A stretch of DNA of 64,000 bases. It comes from Lingula anatina. Its lineage: Eukaryota > Animalia > Brachiopoda. The first letter of the stretch is position 1. Every line of letters starts with the position of its first letter. A program made the translations under genes and the position numbers. Location of the stretch: contig CM120641.1 of NCBI GenBank assembly GCA_051362555.1, forward strand, positions 372,001 to 436,000. Direction: 5' to 3'. Below are positions 53,285-64,000 of the stretch, in pieces. The notes under the pieces are model-generated. The model worked only from the letters and a program-made list of their open reading frames with translations. It did not search any database and was not told the DNA's origin.

Positions 53285-53975
53285 AATTAAGGAAATATCT
53301 AGTTCAGCTTATATATTCCTAGATCTGCTAATAACATGTTTATAATTATGTGCACACAATGCTACAGTAAGTCTAAGCTTATTATCTGACGTTTCTTGGA
53401 GGAATGCAACATGATTGCCTTTACCAGTGGCTATAGGCTCATCATGATACAGTGGAATTAGTATATTTGATCCTGTATAGATTTTACTTGAAATAAGTCT
53501 ATCTGCAATATGTTACAACTGGCACCAAGCTGATAGAATTGAAATAGTGGCCATTGGTCTTATATATGTACTGTGTGTAGTGGCTGTTACTTTTTGTTTG
53601 ATGTTTTTCATTGGTTCTCAGTTATTGTGAGCAGATGCTGGTGTGGTAGATATGAAAGCTGGTACTGATTTAGTGTGGTTGCTGTGCAGACAAAGATAGA
53701 GAGAGCCATGACTGTGACCCATGTAGAATATTCCATAAAAAAAACAGTTGCTTTTTGAAAACAGTCTATTTTCAGCTGTATAATACATCAAAATGTATTT
53801 CACACCATTAAAGTTATGTTTGAGAGAGAGTGTTTAATCAATACTAAATCAGCTTTCTGATGAGATTTCTTTACTGTGTGCTTTAACTTGATAATTTGTT
53901 TGCTTCCTGTTTTACCATTTTACTAGCATTTGGTTGAAGTTAAATTTAGCTTATTGATGGATAATCAACCTTGTT

Positions 53976-54142
53976 CAGGGGCGAATTCAGGGCTATTTTC
54001 TGACAGTCTTCCAAATTATCTTTGTTGATTCATCCTCCAATTTTGACCATCTTCTGACAGGAAAAATTGTTACCTGTCAATTTAAACTTGAAAATCTGAC
54101 TGTCTTCTGGAAGACCCAGAAGACGGCCTCGATCTGCCCCAG
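53976..54142 (-). mobile_element. MITE family B (inverted)
   Basis: Reverse complement of the core; flanks ttgtt/atgtt. Confidence 0.75.
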
Positions 54143-56035
54143 ATGTTTTAAACTAAGGTACCTGGACATGTAACCTAGTTTGTTTGCTTATCTGTTTATC
54201 AGCAGATTATTCGTCTGTACTGTGAGAGGATATCCCATTATTATTACGTTTTATTCATTTAAAAAGATATTATTGATCAAAACTTTCAGAGGTTTTCACA
54301 TCTATCATGCAGTCTGTCAGATAGGTGACATGCTATAAATGTTTTGTCAATAATTTTACCACCATTAGTGTAAGAACCTTTCTCTGTTGAATTATTTTTA
54401 TACAACATGCAATAGCTACATGTACAACTTGGATATGTGTGTGTATGTGTGTGTATGTTTGTGTGTATATGTGTGTAGTTTTCTAACCATATTTAGAAAA
54501 TAGAGAAAGAATGAATTAAACTGTATTGTATCACTAAACAATTGAAACCTTATAGTCACACTGTTTAAAAGATTCATTAGATTACGGGCTGTTGATTGAT
54601 AAGTGTATGGTGGGATAGCTAGAGATGCTGGAATGAATTGTATTTTTTTGACAGTCATTGCGATTTGATGAAGCCAGCACTGTGTGTATTAATAATTGCA
54701 TACCAAGGAGATTTTTTCCTCTTTTTTAGCTGGCTTTTCTGGAGCTTGGCAGTTTCCTTATTCGGTGAAACACTACAAAAGTACTATGAAATTCTCTCTC
54801 TCTCACTCTTTCTCCCTGGATAAAAATAAACTTGTCAGCAGATTCAAAGAGAATATATTATCATTTGTGGATTTTATTTTTTTTAATGTTTTTTATGTTC
54901 ATCATTCACGGAGGTGAAGTAGTCCCACATCTGTGTGTGACTTTCTATTGAATGTTCAGTGAAAATTTTCCACATGTTTGCAGATTTTCCTTAGTTTGGT
55001 TAAGTGCTAAGTATTTTTAAAATATTTCATCACTCAAGGTTTAAATTCAAAATCAGTGGCAAAAAGACTTTGTTTGTTGCCTGAGCATTAAGTAGCTGCC
55101 TGCAGTTTGATAAAAATGGCCATCTTTTTGACAGAATAAAAATATAAGAATGGAAATATGGCACAGAACATCCATTGACACTTTTACACATGTGTCCATA
55201 TGAGAACCCTTATGGGTGGTCTTTTCACTTCTATTAATGAGTTCCAAATTTATTAAGAGATCTGAAAGACTTTGAGCATCTTTCCCAACCCTTTTACTAA
55301 AAATCCTCAAAGGAACGACAACAAAAGAAAGCTATTTCCTAGATGAAAGCAGTTTCTTTCTGTCCAATATATTTTGAGATAATTGAAAACTTTTACTGGT
55401 GGATAATCGGTCAATAAAATTTTGTGATCAATTGAAAGATTGCACTTTGGGTATTTTGGTTTGAGAAATAATAATTAAACATTTTTATTAATGTACTGTT
55501 GTTGTTGTTGTTGTCCTATCTGTCATCGTATACTTGCTTGTTAATTGCCATGCACTTCTTACTTATAAACCAAATAAATGAAAAGCCATATGTCACTTTT
55601 AATCTCAAAGTAACAGGAATGGTTAATTATTATGTTACGAAGATACACCTGTACTACAAAATCAGCTGAATTGAATAATAATAAATAAAAAAAAATAATA
55701 ATACTTATTTTTTGTTCAGCCCATTCCATTTTCATACATTTCAGTGCACTTTACAATTAAAATAATAGCAATTCTGTATCAGAGTTGAGCCCATTTTTGT
55801 GATTCTTTACTTTTGCCTAAAGTCTTATATTTTCTAGGATTGTTACCTTAATGCATTCCCTGTGGATAGTGTTATGGAAACAAAAATATGTGTCTGTTCA
55901 TTTGACAGCATTGCTTGTTTATGGAGAATTGAGGATTTGGTATACTTGTTAGTAAAAGAGAATAATCTGCATGTATTTTCTGAAAATAATTGTTTTCTTT
56001 GGCACTATTGAGTTTTTGGATCGAGTTCAAAGAAC

Positions 56036-56081
<46 letters not shown>

Positions 56082-56245
56082 ACACATGCATCCACCTGTG
56101 TAGCAGGCAGCAGCATTGAGTGTGGATAACAGGCTAATTACAAATCAAACTTAATTATTGGAAACTCTTTTGGGTTTCTTTATCCTTTCAGACATTTGGA
56201 AGTTATGAATGCATTTTTGATAGTTGATTGGTCATGTAAATTTAA

Positions 56246-56577
56246 AGGGATAATAACTCTTCGTTTCAGCCTAAAAATGAATAAGAGTAAACAACAATTT
56301 TCCCATACTAACCAATGGTTAATGAATCCATTTTTACATTCAAAATTAGTCCCTGATTTTTTTCTAAAAATTTTGGTTTTTTGTTAAAATCTCTTAAGAG
56401 ATTTTAACAGAGTATAGCCATCAATGGAGGTCACGTGGTCTAAAGACAAGCTCAGATATCAGAATATTAGCTATAACTGCTGTTTTAGTGGTAAAACAGA
56501 ATATATTATATTTCTATGAGTTATTCACAATGTTTTTATTGTAAAATATGGATCTCATACAAAGAGTTCTTATCCCT
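56246..56577. mobile_element. Kolobok-like non-autonomous DNA transposon
   Basis: TTAA flanks, AGGGATAA TIRs, colinear with 42754-43090. Confidence 0.75.
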
Positions 56578-57439
56578 TTAACTAAGATAAGTACTATTTG
56601 TCTTGGTTCTCAGTCCATTGGTTTAAATAAAAGTAACTTCAAAGCCATTGGTGGCCATATTGAATTCTGAGAAATTCTCTAGGTTGCTTTAAAACTGCCT
56701 TTGCATTACTGTATCTGAATTGGCTCCACTAGCTATATTGAACTCATTTCTGTAAAGAGTGATCCTTGGGTTACCTACAAGTGCATTGATGACTTTACTA
56801 AATTCATGCATATATGCACATGTATTTAGAGCTATATAATGCCCCATATGTGCAACTGCACATGTATCTGCTTGATTGAAATAGCTTTTTGAGCAGCAGG
56901 TCAAAATATTACTCAATTTATCTCTTAAAATTGCAATGTACATCCGAAATGGCTGAAATAAAGTGCTCTGGAGAATTCTGAGTATTAGGGGCTCTAATTG
57001 AAGGAGGCGCTGCTTTGATCTGCTGAGGAAGCTGATAAAGCACTTCAATTTCCCTCTGATGATCTCCTGTTGTAATTGCCATTCTATCAATTAATCTGGA
57101 TCTGATATCAGTGATTGTCACACTGTAAATAAAAGAGTCACTCTGCATAATTGATGATGATGGTCATATTCTGTGCTGTGCTCACTTGATTAATACTTGG
57201 GGTAAGATTACAGGTCATGATCACTAATGCAATCTGTCCTCAGATTTTCAGGTTGCAATGTTCATCATGGTTGTTAAAACTGTTACACAGATTAGATTGC
57301 CATATGATGATTCCTTTTTTACATCATGGTGGAAGAAATAGATGTTGTAATTGCTCTAAAATTTCATGAGGTACAGTATTACAATAACTTTGGAATGTCC
57401 ATACATTTTCTAACCTTTTTGAACCAAGGGGCTCTCCAT

Positions 57440-57688
57440 GAGTTCTCATTCATAGATCAATCTAACAGGATCAGTTCGTCTCCACAGGGTTTCTCGCTAA
57501 ATTGCTTTCAGCTTAAGTGGCTTAGATGTCTGGCACGCCTACAAAAGCTGCTAAACGATAGTTAATTACCCCCTATCAGCTTCAGGAGGCATGACAGACA
57601 TCTAAGCCACTTAAGTTAATTTCAATTAATTGAGAATCCCCTTGTGATAGTAAGATCCAAAAATAGTGCAATAGTCTCTGGGAATGGT
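57440..57688. mobile_element. Foldback MITE, family A
   Basis: cttaagtggcttagatgtctg / cagacatctaagccacttaag arms; reverse-complement similarity to 6363-6618. Confidence 0.8.
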
Positions 57689-58268
57689 TTCTTAGACAAG
57701 GAATGATATAATGTTCCCCCTCTACTCTTCTTTTAAGTGGTGAAAGAGCAGGAAATGCTGCAAGTAGAATACTCAATCTTGCCCTCCCTATTCAGATAGA
57801 GGGAGATAATTGGTTTATCTTTATGTCTTGTGTAATGTTAAGTCTGCCATCCTCTTGTTCTGTTCTTTTGCTTGAGGGCGACCATTTATGAAGAATGGTT
57901 ATATAGGGTATTTGTACAATATTAATGTATGATGCTAAAGTCACAGTTTGAGCAGAAAAGATCGAGTGGTGGTCTACTCCATGGAAAGACAGCATGTGCA
58001 AATGCACAAATAAAAATCTTTATCTCTCCAGTTATACCCTCTATTTTGTGTATGAACTGTGTGATTAATACTTATCTATAACGTACATATACTTAATATT
58101 GAATGTATGTTTTCAGTGCATGGTTTAAATCAGTAGACATAGCATATTTTGCTGTGAAAATGGTACGTCTAGCTGAATCTTGAAATACGAATATACAATT
58201 AAGAGGGTCATTTGAACTTTGGGAGTTATTATTAGTAACGTTCATGTTTTCCACTTATTAGTGGTGTG

Positions 58269-58352
58269 CCCTTAGCAAAATATCAGGCCTGCTGCAAATT
58301 TGCAGCAAATTTGCAAGAAGAGTTTGCGGCAGGCCTGCTATTTTGTTAAGGG
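58269..58352. mobile_element. Short TIR element, internally deleted relative of 50320-50476
   Basis: cccttagcaaaatatcaggcctgc...gcaggcctgctattttgttaaggg palindrome. Confidence 0.65.
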
Positions 58353-58985
58353 TTATTACTCATATTTATACTTTTAGTGTAAACAGCTATATATTAAATC
58401 TTCTTGGAATAATAGGTATCTGGCCACAGTACTATAATATTTATGGTAAGTGTTACATCAAGGGGCTGTAAGAAGGATAGCATACTCTACATCTACTGGG
58501 ACTACCTTTATCTTATACTTCACTCATTTCCCTCGCTCAATCATGTCTATTGGATTTGAGTTTTTTCCAGAGCAATCTCTGCTTTGTCTTAGATATCTGT
58601 TGCCTTTACTTGACATTTATAATTTACATACTGGTACTCTCTTCGATAGATAGGTTATGCTTGAAAATCACCGTTAACAAACTTTTGTAGAAAAAGTAAC
58701 TGATTTATATTGTTTTGTTTATTTAGCAATTCTGCTGTCCATTATCCTCTCTAGCACAATCAACCCATTTCTGATAAAATCCCAATCAGCAATTTCTTTT
58801 ACCCAGTAATTTGGACTGAACAAGGGGCCATAATGTGTTTGATTTTGTGAAAGGAAACTGGAAGTAACTTCATGTAATTATGTTCTTCGTTCATTTGTGA
58901 TGAGTAACAATGTGAACTCTCTACCATTATAGACCCCTTTTGTGAGAAGGCATTTTTTCATTACATTTGTTCTGTGTAGATGATA

Positions 58986-59021
<36 letters not shown>

Positions 59022-60518
59022 CCCCTCCCCCCCCCCACCCCCAATAAGTAAGTTATCATCAGCGTAGTCTAGTTGAAGTGTTGTGTTTAGTAATAAGTTT
59101 ACAATGTAGAAGGCATTAATGCAGATACAGTGATGCCTATTTATGGAGGGTAAGCAAAAGCAGTGAAAATATGCTTGGTAAAGCCATACATGTTTTTGAG
59201 GGGAAAATCACTACTTTATAATTTTTTTATCTATTTTTAAACTGTTTTTATCTTCCTTAAACATCACTGAGTCTGTTTCTATCAATTATTTTGTGTGATA
59301 AGAGACATCTTTCTTTCCTAGTGATCAAATAATTCCTGTGCCATTCTCAATGTCTGGTTTTACTGTTTGCTTTGATGGTGCTGGAATATGTCCAGGCAGT
59401 GAATTACAAATTGTTTCAAAGTGTCTATAGAACTTACATGACTACATTGTATGAAAAAAATAACGAGTGTTATAAGTGTTTTCAAACCTCATTTGTTGTC
59501 ATCAGTTTGTGATTGAAAGTGTTTCATTCATTGTGAAGTGGGAATGTGTTTTACAAGTTTTTTCTTCTCTGAGGGAAATAAGATGATATTCAGCTTGTCC
59601 TGAAAGGATGGCATAAATAATGGTAAATCTTTCCACTACACCAAGTGTATCATTTTCCCAGTGCAGCCATGCACTTGGTCGCTCTCTCTGTGAAAAAAAC
59701 TCATCTGATTACAATAGTACAGGTTGTACACATTATTATTATTGTTTTTTTTTTTTTTTTTGCTATCAGATGTTCAGAAGTCTTATTGAAGTGGATATGT
59801 TTCAATGTTTATTGATGGTCATACCAGGATTAATAATCCTCCAAAGAAAAAAACAAACATCCCTGGATGTGGGAAGTGTTATTCATTATTTTCATAGAAA
59901 GGTTTGTATTTCTTAGAATTAATCTAAAACTCATGACTTGTTCAATTTATCAAGTGGAAAATTGCTGCCAGTAGTTGTAAAACAGTTGAATATCACCAAG
60001 TTGTTCATAATGGATACATGCAATATATTATTGTGTGAATTTTTGAACAACATCCAAATGATATCGTCTATTAATTATCCCTTTAGGCAGTACAATGTAT
60101 AGAGGGCTTATTAATGTCATTTCACCTTTCTTGTAGCTGGCATAGCTTATCCTGATCTCCATTTTCCAGTAGTTTCTAGCTATAACGTAAGTGATCACTG
60201 TTTTGTGCTTTCACTAGCCTGTGATTCACTTAATGAGCAAATTTAGAACAACAATTTTTTAAAAATTTCTCTCAAGTGAGGGTAAAAATGCAAAGCAATA
60301 GTATGACATTTTAGTGTTTTTATTGTATAGCATTATACTGTGTAGTTCTGAGCTGTGTTATAGTATTAAAACTCATACACTCACACAGCATCTGACACTT
60401 ATTTTACCTGCAAGCCTTTTAAGTTAAGTGAGATTTTTTTGTGAATTGTGATCTAAAAAGGAATATGGATAACTAACAGCGAGATACACTTGCTGCTGTA
60501 AGTAGTGGGTGATTTGTC

Positions 60519-60693
60519 TGGGGCCGTAGCAATAGTCCGAAGGTTCAATAGTCCGAAGGTTCATTGGTCCGAATGTTCACTACAGAACCTTCGGACCAAT
60601 GAACCCTTGATTAAAAAACCGATGAAAATGTTACCGTTTTTCGGACCAATGAACCTTCGGACCAATGAACCTTCGGACTATCGAGACGCCCCA
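60519..60693. mobile_element. TIR MITE with 15-bp subterminal repeats, 8-bp TSD (hAT-like)
   Basis: tggggc...gcccca termini; repeats atagtccgaaggttc / gaaccttcggaccaat; flanks gatttgtc / aatttgtc. Confidence 0.7.
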
Positions 60694-60918
60694 AATTTGT
60701 CTGATGAGTGAGCAAATAAAGTCCCATCAGCCATGCAGCAATGGGTCTAATCCATGTTGTTATGGTGAAATGGATTTCAGCTTAGACAAGTGCCCATCAC
60801 ACCACCTAAGCAAGATTTTTTTAGGGTCAATTATATGAAAAGTGCATTTTTTTTTAAATTGGGCTTATTGCACAGGCTTCCTCATGCACTGTCTTTCAGA
60901 TCAGCGAAGCACAATATT

Positions 60919-61625
60919 TCAGATATCACCAGACAGTGACAAGAAGTGGCAAAATTAAGTACTGCGGTACATGTCATGGTTCAGATGTCACCAGACAGTG
61001 ACAAGAAGTGGCAAAATTAAGTACTGCAGTACATGTCTTGGTTCAGATGTCACCAGACAGTGACAAGAAGTGGCAAAATTAAGTACTGCAGTACATGTCA
61101 TGGTTCAGATGTCACCAGACAGTGACAAGAAGTGGCAAAATTAAGTACTGCAGTACATGTCATGGTTCAGATGTCACCAGACAGTGACAAGAAGTGGCAA
61201 AATTAAGTACTGCAGTACATGTCATGGTTCAGATGTCACCAGACAGTGACAAGAAGTGGCAAAATTAAGTACTGCAGTACATGTCATGGTTCAGATGTCA
61301 CTAGACAGTGACAAGAAGTGGCAAAATTAAGTACTGCAGTACATGTCATGGTTCAGATGTCACCAGACAGTGACAAGAAGTGGCAAAATTAAGTACTGCA
61401 GTACATGTCATGGTTCAGATGTCACCAGACAGTGGCAAATAGTGGCAAAATTAAGTACTGCAGTACATGTCATGGTTCAGATGTCACCAGACAGTGGCAA
61501 ATAGTGGCAAAATTAAGTACTGCAGTACATGTCATGGTTCAGATGTCAACAGACAGTGGCAAGAAGTGGCAAAATTAAGTACTGCAGTACATGTCATGGT
61601 TCAGATGTCAACAGACAGTGGCAAG
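60919..61625. repeat. 62-bp minisatellite, about 11 copies
   Basis: Unit ttcagatgtcaccagacagtgacaagaagtggcaaaattaagtactgcagtacatgtcatgg, near-identical head-to-tail copies with no spacers. Confidence 0.95.
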
Positions 61626-61629
61626 GATA

Positions 61630-62680
61630 AAGCCATTGCGTTTCATTTTTCATGCCTCACTGGGATGTCACAACAACTGTCGGTAAATGGTATGCTTTCG
61701 GATCCTTCACAACTTGTTTTTGGGGTGCCTCAAGGCAGTGTCCTTGGCCCACTTTTCTTTTGCATTTATACCCTGCCACTTGGTGCCATTTATTGTCATC
61801 TCAAACTTGGAAATCACAGGTACACTGATGATACTCAGATCTATATATGCTGTGAGCCTGTGACTTACATAATCCTAAAGCATCTATGGAAAAAATTACC
61901 CACTGTGTGGCTGATGTTCACGCCTGGCTCCTGATAATATAACAACAAACTGAAAATTACATGTAATGACAGGAAGAGTTTTTATATATCACGCAACCAC
62001 ATAACAAGCAATTTGCACAGAATCTACAACTTAAATTACCAGTAGGCACCAGTGTTGCCAGTCTATTACCACATGTGAAAAACATGGGTGTTTACTTTGA
62101 TTCCACTCTCTACGTGGATAGACAAATAGCAAATCTCACTCAGTCATGTATTTTTAACATTAGAAACATCGGAGCTATTAGAAACTACCTGGATTAATCC
62201 TCTGCGGCAACAGTTATCATGCGATGATCACCTCTCGTGGAGACTTCTGCAACTCTTTACTCTATGAATGATTTTAAAAACTGCAGCAAATTCAGAATAT
62301 TTTCATGCATCTTTTATTAGTTAACCTCACAGCCAAGAGATCCATATCACAGCCATTTAAAAGCAGTTGTACAAGCTCTCTGTTTGAGCATGCATTTTAT
62401 TCAAAATTTTAACTTTTATGCATGCAATTTTTTTATCAGTAAACACCCCTGCACATTCTACAAATAGTTCATCCTTCTGCTCCAAAACGTAAATTAAGGT
62501 CACTTGACCAATTTTTACTCATGCCATGTACTGCCAGATTGAGAATATACGATGACCTAGCTCTTCAAGTCTATGGACCAAATGAATGGAACGATCTCCC
62601 AATATACTTTAAAACTATAGAGTCTAAGGAAAATTAAAAAAAAAAATAATGATTAAAAACTTTTATTTTCAAAAAGTTAT
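61630..62680 (+). mobile_element. 5'-truncated, decayed LINE (L2/CR1-like) reverse transcriptase C-terminal region
   Basis: FGVPQGSVLGPLFFCIYTLPLG and YTDDTQIY RT motifs, then frameshifted VKNMGVYFDSTL, RNIGAIRNYLD, DFCNSLLY and YGPNEWNDLP segments typical of this clade. Confidence 0.88.
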
Positions 62681-62884
62681 ATAACTGAATGGACTGGCTG
62701 TTATCTTTTACACTGTACTATCTATTTGAATATCTGAAATCTTAAGTGTCTATATATTTAATATACTTCACATTTTAATATTTTAATATCTTAACTACCT
62801 ATTTACTTATTGACTTTATTCATCTTTGTTCATTTTACCCATGTAAAGTTTACTGAACATTTTATATGGATTTAAGACTAGAAA

Positions 62885-62935
<51 letters not shown>

Positions 62936-64000
62936 CAAGAGGAGATTCTTTTTCTAAAAAGAAAGGACCATGAAACCACTTTTTTATTTGAAGAAGCATA
63001 GAACCTAGATCAAATTTTGATTCAGAGTGGACATTTTTCCAGTCAAATGGCAGTTCTTTTGACCCTACCACCCCCACCCCCACCCCCACCCTCACCCCCA
63101 CCCTCTGACCCTGACGGGCCTGTTACAGAAGGCGTTTTGTAGTCAGTTAATAAAAATACTGGTATGGTGGTAATCACATACTCATTGATTAGCAGGTTTG
63201 ATTACTTAATTTATTGGATATTTAACTGATTTTACATATTTTATTGGCTATGAACTGTATCTGTTTGATGACAGTTTATTTGCACATCCTGATGGGGAAT
63301 TGTTTTGGAGCTTTTTATGTGAGACCATGTAGCAGAAGGGAACAGTTTGAGTACATCGTATAACTGCAGAGTTTTGCGTACAAATAAGACATTAGCCCGG
63401 CTTCTATTGCAAGATACATTACTGGTCTTATTGATTTGATATTTGAGAGTGGCTGGCAATGTTAGATCAGCTAATGTGGTGTAATGGCAAGGGAACAAGT
63501 CAGGGAAAGTCTGGCTTCAATTTTTACATACATTTTTGTACAGACACTGTAAGTGTCTGTATATATTCAGAACACTGTCTGTCCTTGTTGTCGTCATTTG
63601 CATTGATGTTGCCATCACTTTCACCCCCAAAACATCAGTCTCTACTATTACCACACTGTACAACTATTGAGTAGCATTGTCTGGTAAAAAGGGGTTCCTT
63701 TCAAATGTTGACATGATCGGATTATATTTACAAAAGTTATTTCTTTGTGTTTACAAACGTTATTTCTTTATGTGTGTTTTTATGCATTAAATGTATTTGG
63801 TGATGTGTGCCATATAAGTGCCAAACTATTTTTGTTTTCCTTAAAAATTAATGTGTGGTTTTTTATGTAAACAATGCACATTTCTGTCAAAAATTTGCAT
63901 TATAATGTTATTTTTGCAAAAATTCAAAAAGTTTTTTAAAAAGTTTTTTCTTTCTTTTTTTTTTCATTTATTTTCTCATAAGTGCCAAACCTTATTCTTG

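Noticed and set aside
53010-53345. Poly-Lys/Phe and ER-repeat ORFs; possible retrocopy tail
   Set aside because: Produced by (CT)n and poly-A tracts; no TSD or source gene is visible.
56689-57148. Overlapping 133-aa and 76-aa minus-strand ORFs
   Set aside because: No recognisable family or convincing splice sites.
60919-61625. CRISPR-like array
   Set aside because: Head-to-tail identical units with no unique spacers, no cas genes and a eukaryotic context.

Overview
AT-rich, intron-containing eukaryotic DNA, most consistent with an invertebrate (lophotrochozoan/mollusc-like) genome; the taxon is an inference from composition and repeat types. Three minus-strand genes were reconstructed by hand: a 2-exon SAYSD1 (4017-4889), a 25-exon TTC13 (7246-18537) and an intronless class A GPCR of the melatonin-receptor/moody/Tre1-like group (34556-35803). 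A weakly supported + strand gene may start divergently from TTC13 at about 19 kb and host the rest of the window in long introns. An unannotated, possibly decayed chain of phase-1 exons lies at 20471-21152 (-). The non-coding DNA carries many short foldback/TIR elements (Harbinger-like with TAA TSD, Kolobok-like with TTAA, a 5-bp-TSD family, a hAT-like element), a tRNA-derived SINE, a truncated LINE and two minisatellites. The most unusual observations are tandem 'echo' copies of exon ends plus 5' splice sites at three TTC13 introns, a cluster of four long hairpins downstream of SAYSD1, and a filled/empty site pair for the hairpin MITE. I found no prokaryotic-type system such as CRISPR. Most short ORFs in the supplied track are spurious.
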